DNA of 62,170 nt, filler included, from Globobulimina sp. (lineage: Eukaryota): assembly GCA_003354225.1 (NCBI GenBank). It is 20 parts of 20 records of this genome, joined end to end, with 100 filler letters (N's around TTAATTAATTAA, not from the genome) between each part and the next. Parts side by side here need not be neighbours in the genome. Positions count along the whole stretch, not along the records: positions 37,378 to 40,390 come from PIVH01004021.1; positions 40,491 to 43,503 come from PIVH01004022.1; positions 43,604 to 46,615 come from PIVH01004023.1; positions 46,716 to 49,726 come from PIVH01004024.1; 16 more parts are not named here. One strand, 5' to 3'. Of the stretch, positions 37,627 to 48,574 are shown piece by piece (positions within the stretch are counted from its first letter, which is position 1; each line of letters opens with the position of its first letter). A program made the position numbers and the translations under genes. The notes beneath the pieces were generated by a model. That model did no database searches. It was not told the origin of the DNA and was given only the letters and a program-made list of their open reading frames with translations.

Positions 37627-38007
37627 CTAATCCTTATTCTCTGGATGGTAATGGGTAGAAAACACTTCGACCTTTGCGCCCTGATGGACAAGTAAGCTAA
37701 CAAGAGCATTAAGATCATCATCTGAGGATATTCGAATTTCATTGCCCTGTTGCTCTATATGCATTTCATATAGGAGTTGTCCTAACTGCCGAGGCGATAG
37801 GTAAAAGAGGTTTTTCTTGCTAAGATAATCGAGCACTTCTGAGTCAAAACGATCGGCATCCACATCGAAATTCTCATTGTCTTCAAGAAAACCTGTCAAT
37901 GATTCCACCATAGATTTGAACTCTTCAGCATCTACCACATTTTTAAAACTGCCTATGATAACTAAATTTAGAGAGTGCTCAGCCCCGTAACTTTGCCAAA
38001 TCTTCAT
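37627..38007 (-). CDS. Small conserved bacterial protein (DUF6375-like, from recollection)
   Basis: MKIWQSYGAEHSLNLVIIGSF...GAKVEVFSTH; AAGGA RBS; start overlaps the radical SAM gene by 29 nt. Confidence 0.75.
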   Translation of the reverse strand: MKIWQSYGAEHSLNLVIIGSFKNVVDAEEFKSMVESLTGFLEDNENFDVDADRFDSEVLDYLSKKNLFYLSPRQLGQLLYEMHIEQQGNEIRISSDDDLNALVSLLVHQGAKVEVFSTHYHPENKD

Positions 38008-38926
38008 GAATTTTCCTTTTCGAATTTAATTTAGAAAACGCCATTAATATACCATCACCACCAATCTCGGATCCCGATTTGTCAAATGATGTACGTTTCA
38101 ATACGCCATTGGCATCGATATGAGCAAACGCGAGGTTATTAGATTCATTCTCAAGCGCACATAGGTTGTCAACCATGTCCTTGTAATTAATGCTAATAGA
38201 GAGCCTTACGTTTCCTTTATAATTTGCAACCCATGCGCATAAACGCTCCAAGGTTGCAGCATCAATTTGCTTACCAAAACCAATAGGTTCTTCGGGGAGT
38301 AGAAGTAACTCGGCTGCACCGCAGGCCTCTGCCACTTGAACTACGGCACTAAGGTCTCCAATGGTTTTGTTGTTAATGATACAATTAATCCCAAATGGAA
38401 TACGTCCCGTGAGTAAGGCTAAATTGCGTTTCAACTCTTCAAAGAAACGACCCCGGATGCTTTCGTAATTTAGCCCAATACCATCCATACTCACACGCAT
38501 GAAGTTGACCGTATGTTGTAACTGAAGAACTAATTTATCCGATAGCGTATGACCATGGGTCGTCAAACTGATTGCTAAACCGGTTTCTTGTTGTCCAAAC
38601 TTGCAGAGATCTACTAAGTCTGGATGGAGAGTGGGTTCCCCGCCTCCAAATCCAACACCGAAACACCCAGCGTTATCCAATTCTAGCATCCATTGTTTTA
38701 CGAGTTTCTTAGGTAAGCTGGCTATATGTTTTGGTGCATAACAATGTGTACACGACAAATCACATGCATTGGTGAGTGCAATTGAGATCTGCCGAGGACA
38801 TGTTGTCCAGGAGGAAGGTTGAGGAATATGCTCATCCAGCAGAATATTAGTACCGCTTTTGCGTTCAAACAGGTGAATACCATCAGGCCCCCTTCTTACT
38901 TTTATGAAAGTTTCCTCAATCACCAA
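37979..38926 (-). CDS. Radical SAM protein
   Basis: LTNACDLSCTHCYA (CxxxCxxC), GFGGGEPTLHP, SLTTHG, RVSMDG; AAGGA RBS before the TTG start. Confidence 0.93.
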   Translation of the reverse strand: MVIEETFIKVRRGPDGIHLFERKSGTNILLDEHIPQPSSWTTCPRQISIALTNACDLSCTHCYAPKHIASLPKKLVKQWMLELDNAGCFGVGFGGGEPTLHPDLVDLCKFGQQETGLAISLTTHGHTLSDKLVLQLQHTVNFMRVSMDGIGLNYESIRGRFFEELKRNLALLTGRIPFGINCIINNKTIGDLSAVVQVAEACGAAELLLLPEEPIGFGKQIDAATLERLCAWVANYKGNVRLSISINYKDMVDNLCALENESNNLAFAHIDANGVLKRTSFDKSGSEIGGDGILMAFSKLNSKRKIHEDLAKLRG

Positions 38927-39005
38927 ATCTGATTCCTTTGATTACCGACTGATATTTACTATCCGATTTAAAAGATTCAATCTGTCTGACATACAAATTC
39001 CGTGT

Positions 39006-39299
39006 TTAGACATGGTATTCATTGAATTGCATACCGTGGCTGACAGGGAAGTTATTGTTCTTTGCTTCAACTACAGCCACAGGGACGCCAGGTTCCTGGT
39101 AGAGTACATAATCCGCATACTTCTTCTTTTTCTTATTCCTGGATGACATGTTGCCCCGGACAATGATGGGGCCAGGTGTAAGCGCTACTTCACGGCGAAT
39201 TTGTGTCAACTGATCCCAACCGGCATCTTTAATCGCAGGCGTGATGAACTGATCGCAGATATCTATTTCACTGAGGTCTTTTTTGTCGAAATTATCCAA
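39006..39299 (-). pseudogene. hsdR: Truncated type I restriction enzyme R subunit (EcoEI-like N-terminus)
   Basis: KKDLSEIDICDQFITPAIKDAGWD...IRREV..T.G.IIVRG...ADYVLY..PGVPVAVVEAK.N...V..GMQ, then an abrupt stop after 97 aa. Confidence 0.88.
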
Positions 39300-39547
39300 A
39301 ATGAGCCTATATGAAGCTTGTGTTAGCTATCCAATATTGATCTTCCCACCTTAGCCATTACAAATGACTCTCAGTGACTCATTAACAATATAAATATTAC
39401 GTGTAAAGAAATATCATAGTAAATTAACCGGGAATTTATCTACTTAATTGAAATCTTTAGAGAAAGAAATTCTCCTTTTAACGATAAGTTACATAACGAA
39501 TCGGGAATTATATGTTTGAAATGATGGTATTAGTGGAATTGAAATTG

Positions 39548-39770
39548 TTATACGGTTTTAAATACTTGTTCACGATGATAGGCCATAAATGGTTCATGCT
39601 CAGGAACAAGATTAACTGACATAGCTTCCATAATTCCCAAAACTTCCAACTTCTGTAATAAAGATGAAATTATGATGCTACCAGATTCTGAAAAAGTTAT
39701 GAGCCCTTGATCAAATGCACGATCTACTGTTGGTATTAATAATAATCCGTTGAACTTATTTATAGATCTT
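39548..39770 (-). pseudogene. HNH endonuclease C-terminal remnant
   Basis: Hand translation: NKFNGLLLIPTVDRAFDQGLITFSESGSIIISS...FMAYHREQVFKTV and stop; no N-terminal half before an upstream in-frame stop. Confidence 0.75.
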
Positions 39771-40231
39771 TTATGCTTAAAAATTAATGAGGGAAATTGA
39801 AATATATCATTTCAACAAGTTACAAATTTTAGCATAAATCATTGGGCTTAAAATTTGAATTGTCATTTTATTATAAATAAAAAACGAACAGTTTATATGA
39901 ATTAAAAATAAATATGAAATGGATTGATTATCATAGTATGAATTATGAAAAATTAATTAGTTTTCAACCTTTTTTATTTAGTTCGGAAAGTAAGTGAGGC
40001 AACCCAAGACTTTAGATAACTTGCATTTTGGTGACTTTAAGTTATAGCGGAAAACTGTTTCGATTTGTATCCGTATCTTAAAAATTTCCAAGTGTTGACT
40101 ATGTCTATCTATCAGCTGGGTTGGCCTACGTTTTAAGGGTGTTGACTATTATTAATAGGGCTCCCTTAAACATTTGGTACAAATTTCTCCAAGAGTTTTT
40201 TATTTTCCAGTTGATTAGAAAATCAGAATTT

Positions 40232-40390
40232 TTATAATTGTTTTTTTGTTAATGTAGTAATCTTTTTTCCAGCCGGGAGTTTCTTTATTTTAAATTCAAG
40301 TTTTAGAGCTTCACTTTTTGTCAAACTATCTTTAAAAGCCGCCAGTTCAACTGGGAGGTGTGCTGCTGTGTACTTAGATGCTTTGCCTTG
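40232..40390 (-). CDS. GIY-YIG nuclease (UPF0213/YazA-like), C-terminal part
   Basis: Hand translation: QGKASKYTAAHLPVELAAFKDSLTKSEALKLEFKIKKLPAGKK. Confidence 0.8.
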   Translation of the reverse strand, partial: QGKASKYTAAHLPVELAAFKDSLTKSEALKLEFKIKKLPAGKKITTLTKKQL

Positions 40391-40490
40391 NNNNNNNNNN
40401 NNNNNNNNNNNNNNNNNNNNNNNNNNNNNNNNNNTTAATTAATTAANNNNNNNNNNNNNNNNNNNNNNNNNNNNNNNNNNNNNNNNNNNN

Positions 40491-42074
40491 AATATATCTC
40501 ATATTCGACCTGAACTGGATCGAAGGTACTCGCTACAGTTTAATACCGGCGCCGGAATGGAAGGAAATGTTGATGTGGAAGCACGTGCACTTGCTACTAA
40601 ACCGGTTGTTGATGAATATACATTTTCAGAATGCGAGCAGAAATATTTAGGTTGGAACAGAGACTCTTTTGGCGATTTATCCTTTGATGAAAGCAGAAAG
40701 AAAGTTATTTGCGAGAATAAGGAGTATGAGCATGATTTGAGACATTTGAATATGGGCTGTTGGCATGTTTTTGATAACAAAGGCAAAAATTATGTATGTT
40801 TACTCAGGAATTTATATGGATTTGTGTCTGGTGATAATAAGTTGCATTTTGTTGGGTATTGTAAACACAAATTGTATGCGATGGCGGATGAAATAATGCG
40901 AGATATATACTCCGCATTCAATGGAAACAACCCAGAACTTGTAAAGTATCCATTATATTTGGATTTTGTTGCGGATGAGAATGGAAAAAACAATGTGAGT
41001 GTTGATGGCGTAAAATACAAAGATAATAATCACGATATTTGGTATTATGACAACAGCCATCAATGCGAATCACATAAAAAGAATGATTTGCAACATATTG
41101 GTAATCCGTGGCATTGTTTTGGACATATTGAATATTACTATCATATCGCACATCGATTAGGAATCAGCATTAATAATTATAACACCACTGTGGTTATGTC
41201 GCAATTTTCAAATTATAACTTTGGTAGAAATACAACACCGATTTATCACTTTTTTACGCCTTTCTTTAAAAACATTATTAATAAACCGGTGGTGAATGAG
41301 ATGGGCAGTAATGATAAAAAACCATTTTACATCAAACAAATGATAATCGATCATCGACTCGCCAAAGGTTGGGGATATGGCACAATTTGGAAAAGCTCAG
41401 AGGTGAAAGCATTTGATTTGGACGAAGCGTGTGACAGCAAACAAAAACATTTGCGAAGATCACAAATAATGTTAGAAATGCAAAGGGATATGATACACTT
41501 TTATGACTCGACTGCTTTTTATGCAAATTATGATTGGCTGAATGAGATAAAAAATATGAAAGGAAGTAATAAATTGGACACTCATAATATTAATATAAAT
41601 GATATGGGGACATTAAAGGAAAAGAAATTAATATTCATAGCAAGCAGATGGATGGATGGTATTTGTAGATATCGCTGCATTGCAAATGGAAAAGAATTAA
41701 AAAATAAACTTATTCAATTATTTCCGAATGATATTGTTATTTACGGCAATCCCGGAACTGTGTCCTTCAGAGCGCAGTATCATTTATTTCAAAATACAGA
41801 GATATTTGTTGGAGTGCATGGAGCTGCTTTTTTGATGGCATCTTTATTTATGCAATCGGATACATTTAAATTTGAAATAACAATGGGTGACAATCAAAGT
41901 AAAGCAGCAAATTCATTGGGTATTGTTTCAATGTTTGGTGGCAGACAATCGTATGCCAGGTATCATTGTAATGGCTGTCAAGCTAAACGTGGACAAAAAC
42001 CATCCAAAATAAATGTAAATCTGGTTACTGAGAAAGTAATGACTGCATTGAATAATATACGCCACATAAATTAA
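40491..42074 (+). CDS. Glycosyltransferase family 61-like protein, 5'-partial
   Basis: GNPWHCF near the middle; C-terminal SFRAQYHLFQNTEIFVGVHGAAF..SLFM......FEI. Confidence 0.8.
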   Translation, partial: NISHIRPELDRRYSLQFNTGAGMEGNVDVEARALATKPVVDEYTFSECEQKYLGWNRDSFGDLSFDESRKKVICENKEYEHDLRHLNMGCWHVFDNKGKNYVCLLRNLYGFVSGDNKLHFVGYCKHKLYAMADEIMRDIYSAFNGNNPELVKYPLYLDFVADENGKNNVSVDGVKYKDNNHDIWYYDNSHQCESHKKNDLQHIGNPWHCFGHIEYYYHIAHRLGISINNYNTTVVMSQFSNYNFGRNTTPIYHFFTPFFKNIINKPVVNEMGSNDKKPFYIKQMIIDHRLAKGWGYGTIWKSSEVKAFDLDEACDSKQKHLRRSQIMLEMQRDMIHFYDSTAFYANYDWLNEIKNMKGSNKLDTHNININDMGTLKEKKLIFIASRWMDGICRYRCIANGKELKNKLIQLFPNDIVIYGNPGTVSFRAQYHLFQNTEIFVGVHGAAFLMASLFMQSDTFKFEITMGDNQSKAANSLGIVSMFGGRQSYARYHCNGCQAKRGQKPSKINVNLVTEKVMTALNNIRHIN

Positions 42075-42580
42075 ATATATCTATATCTTTATTATTGATG
42101 TTATTTAAGTTAAATCTCAGCCTTTTCTAATTAGGTCACAGGAATCATAGCGAAATTGGCAACTTCCATAAACCTCGTACATGAATCGTGATTTTTTATT
42201 GTATACTGAGTCTATTTTGTGAGTTGCAAGATATGGAACAACATATTTCAATCCAAAAGTTGCAAAAGTAAAAAATGAAAATTGTAAAATACGGTCAAAA
42301 ATATCCTATTTATGCAGATATTTTGATGATTTTCTCGTGATTCTGCAGTATTTTGGCCAATCTGTGTTTTCGTTGATTTTCATAAATAGAAAAGGGTACA
42401 TATTTCGGAATCCGTAATATACAAAATAATTGAACCAGTAGTACATCAGAAAAAGCCCCGTTTCTTAAAAATAACAATAATAACAATATTGGAGTACGAA
42501 TAGCAACACAAAAAAAAACACATTATAATTAAACAACAATAGACAGCAACTTTATTATACATATTTCATGTAATAATCAC

Positions 42581-43437
42581 TCAATTTTCAAACCATTTAG
42601 CTTTGGGAGCATATTTCCGTAACGTTTGAAAAATAACATCCCGATCCGATGTAGACATATCATACACAAAAATGGTTATAATTACGTCTCGATCCTGATA
42701 CACAAATCTCGGATTACCATACACAATTTCTACACCGTTTGCTTTTTTAGTTAGTTTTAAAATATTTAGTCGAACGGTATACGTCCAATCATCCCCTTCG
42801 CCATCTTCCTCTTCAAAATAATGCTCAACCAATGTCCCATCATTGCTCCATTCCAATTTGCCACATTGGTCACGTCCAGTCCATGAACACTTAATTCTAT
42901 ACCTTTCGTTTGGCAATTTTCCTCTGGGATTATCATCAAAACGTTCAGCTTTTGTCTGATTATAAAGAACTCCCATTGTTGCTGACAATATCAATCCAAA
43001 CGCACCATACAATGCAAACAGATAATCACCACTTAATTTGGATTTTTGTTGTCCATTATTGGCATTCTGAATGAATGGGATATAAAATATACAGGAATTG
43101 TAATGTAACTCCGATGAAGTATAACAAGTATTTATCACACATTATCAGCCATTATCGGAGTTATATATATGTGTATAACTTGGTATGTGTTATGATAAGG
43201 TATAGGTGATGGTAAACCAATGACTAATTTGTCATAGGACACAGAAACAATTGGTTTCTGTTGTACTGAATATAGGTTCACTGTACGACGTGGTTTAATG
43301 TGTATTAACCTCTTGGAATGAAATGGCAATCCACTCGTTAATAATTGCACCCTTCTTAACTTTTGTAAGTGTTTATAATACAATGTCGTATTTGTAAACC
43401 TATACAATAACCGTGAAACTGCTTTAAATGCACTCAT
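42581..43437 (-). CDS. Hypothetical single-TM protein with transit-peptide-like N-terminus, spliced
   Basis: Arg/Ser/Leu-rich N-terminal ORF adjoining a 185 aa ORF with one TM segment. Confidence 0.5.
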
Positions 43438-43856
43438 TGTTTGCTACAGTTTCAGTGCAAAAAAAGTTTTTTGTTTTATTTTATTTTAATTTTTTGGCAA
43501 AGCNNNNNNNNNNNNNNNNNNNNNNNNNNNNNNNNNNNNNNNNNNNNTTAATTAATTAANNNNNNNNNNNNNNNNNNNNNNNNNNNNNNNNNNNNNNNNN
43601 NNNAATCCTCTCCCTGATACACCTCCTTCTAAAGTTGAAAAGGTAATTTTGCCGACTTCTCCTTTTGTTTTACCTGCAGAGGTTATCATTAGAGAATATG
43701 GAGTGAAGAGTCTGATAATTATCCATTACCTGGCAAGAAGAATTGTTACTCAATTTCATTGTCTAAACAGCGGAATCCCATAGTTACCTATCCAATAAAA
43801 AGAGGAAATGGAACAGACTAATCACTTTGGTAGTTTAAGACGCATCATACATACTA

Positions 43857-44471
43857 ATGCATTGTAATTATGGTTCAGTCAACATTAATATTGATGCATT
43901 TCAAAATCATATCCTTACATGGAACGAAACATTTATTACAATATTGGATAATCAGTCAATGTGCTTTCCAGTACCGTCAAATTCATCAAACAGAACATTT
44001 CATAGTATCAACGTTAGCAATATCAGCTCAGCGACAGCAGCTACGTGTTGTGTAATTTGTGCAACAGAACTTATGAACTCAAGCACCAATATGCCGAACG
44101 TTGGAATAAGACCGACAGCACGAAGTAGACAGACATTATGTCCACAGAATCTAACATGTGGCCATCAACATTTATTCCATGAACGATGTTTACAATCATG
44201 GCTCAATATAAAGTCAGAATGTCCAGTATGTCGACAACAATCATCAAACCCTTTGTGCTCATTACCACGAAGGATTTCTGAAACCAGAGCTAGACAAAGA
44301 GCGGCTGCGAGGGAAATATACAGAGAATCACTCCGCGGCCGCGACCCGATGCAATCATATACAATCACAATGCGTGAATCCGAATGCAAATCTGGCCCAT
44401 TTATTTTCCTTGCAATTGCTTGCTGTTTAATTATTTTCATAGTGCTAATGTCATTATTGAAGGTCACATGA
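43857..44471 (+). CDS. RING-H2 zinc finger protein with C-terminal TM anchor
   Basis: CVIC...CGHQHLFHERCLQSWL....ECPVCR; hydrophobic C-terminus. Confidence 0.85.
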   Translation: MHCNYGSVNINIDAFQNHILTWNETFITILDNQSMCFPVPSNSSNRTFHSINVSNISSATAATCCVICATELMNSSTNMPNVGIRPTARSRQTLCPQNLTCGHQHLFHERCLQSWLNIKSECPVCRQQSSNPLCSLPRRISETRARQRAAAREIYRESLRGRDPMQSYTITMRESECKSGPFIFLAIACCLIIFIVLMSLLKVT

Positions 44472-44563
44472 CAAATGTTTCAGAGTTGTTTTTGATTTGC
44501 AGGATTTTTGATTTTCAAACTAGAATTTATCACTAAACTTTTTGAAACTCTCTCCATAAACTC

Positions 44564-46459
44564 ATGAACACAAACTCCTCGTTTAATTTGCTAAACATTA
44601 TACCAGCCATTCCACTTCCAAGCCAACCACCACATCCATCCATAATTGGCAATGAAACTCAACCACAACAACAAAATCAACTGTTGTCAACGATCCAAGC
44701 AACACAAAGATTGTCGCAGCCACAGACTGGAACTCAATTATTAAACAAAATCAAATACGAAATCAAATCTGAACAGAAACCAAACCCTCTCCGCATCACC
44801 GCCACCAACACCAACAATAATAATAACAACCTACTTTTTAATGGATTATTAAATGCGCAGCAAGCTATGTTTCAATTGCCATCAAATAATAATAATAATA
44901 TCCATACTAATCATAATAATACCAATCATACTCAAAATCAATTAGCAGTTAATCATAAATCACATAGTCATAGTTCTACATTTCTGACCGTAAATTTCTT
45001 TCTTTTTTTTAAATCGTCAGTTTCAAATTGCCGATCATATAAATTGCAGTTTTTCATAAAAACAAAAAAGGAATGTCGATCAGTCAGAGATTGCCAAAGT
45101 ATTAAACGCATCGTAAAATTGGGCGTATTCCATCTAAAGTACGGCAGCCAAAATACAAACATAATCGCACAATTTATGAATAATTGCGCAGAGTTTAACA
45201 CTTTGAACGCAGACTATCAACATTCCATTGTCCACCATTTGAGTATGGCACATAAACAAGAAATCGCGGCCATGTCGTCGCAATATGAGAAGATCTACGA
45301 TTTCCTTCATAATTTCCAACAGAATAATCCCGCCTCGGTACAGCAACTCTTATTTTATAACGAAACCATGGATACAATCTATGCCGGCATGGACATCAAA
45401 TCCGAGAAAGCAAACAAAATCAAATTCGAATTACTTGACTTAATATCTGAGGATAAACATAATATCATCGATGCGCATCCCATCAATCCCATTATTTCCA
45501 TGCAATTCCCCTCCATAATACCTGTGCCGTTGAATAATAACATCCAATCTTTTCCAAATCTCTTTTCTCTCACAAATAAATTCTCCAACACCAACACCGC
45601 CAATATGACCATGCCGACGCTGCCTTCGTTGATACCGTCATCGCATATTCCTTTGATACGGTCAGTCATCCAACCAATTAATGTGAATCCTATCAATACG
45701 CACTTCATAGCCATGAATCCGCAATTTATAGCGAATCGAGGTATGTCTATACGTGTATGTTCATATTCTTTTGCGTGTACTCTGTATTTGTGTATTTGTG
45801 TATAGTTTCAGCTGCAAATGCATGTACACCGAAAAAAGATGTTATACAAAGCGAAAAAGAGCTATTGGCGGTGCGAAATGTGAATGGTGAGAGCGTCGCA
45901 CATAGAAAATCCACGGTGGTCGGTAAGAAAGTACAGAAACAAAGATATGTGAAACAACAACGTAAAGAACAAGACGCAGTAACTCGTAAATTTAAATGCG
46001 ATTTTTGTGGCAAACAATATAAACATTTATGTAATTTAAAATCGCATCAGAAAATCCATACGGATGAAGCGTTGATTTGCCCGCATTGCAAGAAAAGATT
46101 TGGGCGAAAGGCAAATTATAAGGAACATTTGAGGATACATACCGGGGAAACTCCGTATCAATGCCAGGTATTACTTTTGTGTGTTTTTTATTTTCTGCTG
46201 GTTTATTATAATAAAATATGATTAGTTTTGTCAACGGAGGTTTAAGCATCACCATTCGTGGAAGGACCATATCCGTATTCATACGGGCGAGAAGCCATAT
46301 TCTTGCGCAATTTGTAAGAAAAGATTCAAGGTTGGACATAATTTGACGGTGCATTTAAGGATTCATACCGGAGAGAAGCCATATCATTGTACTGTGTGTT
46401 TCAAGAGATTCAGACAAAAATCCGCACTCAACTCACATCTTAAAAGAGTACATAATTAA
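44564..46459 (+). CDS. C2H2 zinc-finger transcription factor, multi-exon
   Basis: N/Q/P-rich N-terminus; tandem CxxC...HxxxH fingers with HTGE(K/T)PY linkers; stop at 46457-46459. Confidence 0.9.
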
Positions 46460-46715
46460 AATTGTATGGAACATTGTTTTAATTTCTGACCTATTAAGTT
46501 ATGCAAATCTGTTTGTTTGTAAAGTAGAATTCATTTCATTTTTCTTTTATTTTTTTTAAATTTATTTTGTTTATGGTCTTGTCAATTTTTAAAATGAACT
46601 ATATAAAATGTATACNNNNNNNNNNNNNNNNNNNNNNNNNNNNNNNNNNNNNNNNNNNNTTAATTAATTAANNNNNNNNNNNNNNNNNNNNNNNNNNNNN
46701 NNNNNNNNNNNNNNN

Positions 46716-48574
46716 ACTGAGCTATCACCATTCCAATATTGACAAATAATCTCCTTTAACACCATGGTACACATTGTTGTTGAATGATTAGCTTTATAAG
46801 CAAATTGCATGTCACTTGTTTTCAGGACATCAGTGCTGTGTCTTGTAAGTATGATAATATCAAGAGCTTTGGAGATAGCGCACCCCAAAGCTATACCTCT
46901 ATAATTATCTGAATCACACAAGTCACCTTTGCGGTCCTTAGGTATGGGCACTATAACAGCTGACAAGAGAGCGTGGGGTGTGTGCCCATGTCTCAACATA
47001 CAGCTGAACAACTGTGCCAACTTACCATAAAGAGCAGGATTGCCGCATAGCAAATGGTTACTGTAGAACCCATTGCCATCATGCTTGTCTGCTTTCAGTT
47101 TTAAGATAGCAGCTTGCACTTCCTGTTCAGATATGTCACAACAGCTCGAGTCACACTGAAGTAATCTGGCCTCAATACACTGTTCCAGATCATCTGTCCT
47201 GTCATCTTCAAGCATGTTGTATATATCTTTATATTTGTTTGCAAATTGATTACAAATATCAGAATCATTTTTCAAATCATCAATCTTATTTGTACAAGTG
47301 CGGTTAGTGCCAGCCAGCTTTTTGAGTTCGTCAAAGATGGGTCTTGAACCCTTCTTTGAAGCCAACTCACCAAGACGCCGACGTTGCACTGACTTTTGAT
47401 TTTTAAGACATACTTTCACTGCATTATGGTACTTTCGACGAGTAAGGCGCCGTACATCAGCAACTGCACCTTGCACTGGTCGACCACAATCTACCCATAT
47501 ATTGTGCCAAAAAATTGATGTTTGACGAACAGGTTCTACATCATCAATCCAACCAGCAACCGCGTTTTGCTTGGGTGGTCTTGTACGCGGTATATTTCTG
47601 TCAGCTTCAATGCAAGCATGAATTATTTTTGAACAATATCTATCTATTATTGATTTATGTGTTGCTGAAGTACATGTGAGATCAGCGCATTCATGAGCAC
47701 AGTCAGTCAACAAAACATCTTCTAACTTTATTCTTAAATCAGCACTGTAAAGTTGTTTTTGCGCATTTGTGGCTTTATACCACGCAATTCTTGGAATAAA
47801 GTGTCGTGTTTGTATAGGCATGGTTGTGATTGACTGGTCCAACTCGGCTGCAATAGCATAGTGTCGAGATGGAGTGTCCGGTCTATCAAATACTACCATG
47901 GACTGCAAGCCATCAAACAAGCTATAAGAAAAAACGAAATGATCAATTCGAGATGATGGCCCATTGTCAGAAAATAAGTAGGTAGGTCCTGGTAATGCAG
48001 TTTGACTCTGCCATCCTGGACGTAAACCCCACCTCTTGAAAAATTCGACAATATGCTTTGTCTGGGCATTATTGCGGTCAAAATCTGTGTTAAAATCACC
48101 ACCAATCAGGATGTGCTGATGAGCTGAGTCGCTGAGTAGTGCATCCAACTGACTAAGTTCAAATAACAACTCATCACTCGCAGTTGTATTGCTGTAATTG
48201 TCACATGGGAGATAAATACAAATAATTACAAGGGAGACTTCTGTTGTTTCAAGTGTAACACCACAGATTCTTTTACTGTTAACTTTTAAAGGCTTCACAG
48301 CAGCACTTAAACTTTTGCTCCACAAAATAGCAGCCCCACCATAAGGTCGACCCTTGAGGATATCCCCAGGCTCAACGCCAGAAACAGCAGAGCAGGAAAA
48401 AGAATTGGAAAGCAGTTGCAATTTATGTAATGTAGACTCTAGTAACCAAAATTCTTGCAAAAACATAATATCTGTGTTACCTAATAACTCTTTTATAAAT
48501 ATTTGTTTATTATTATTAAAACCTTCACAATTGAAGGAGCAAAGACGTAAGGGACGTTTGATCTGATTAGCCAT
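46716..48574 (-). CDS. Non-LTR retrotransposon ORF2 (AP endonuclease plus start of RT), 3'-partial
   Basis: SFNCEG, FLQEFW, GRPYGGAAILW, IYLP, GGDFN, IDHF; RT-proximal PIPK...NYRGIAL, QFAYKANHST. Confidence 0.93.

Noticed and set aside
37979-38926. Calling the radical SAM a prokaryotic viperin
   Set aside because: Viperin-specific motifs are not visible; only the generic radical SAM core is shared.
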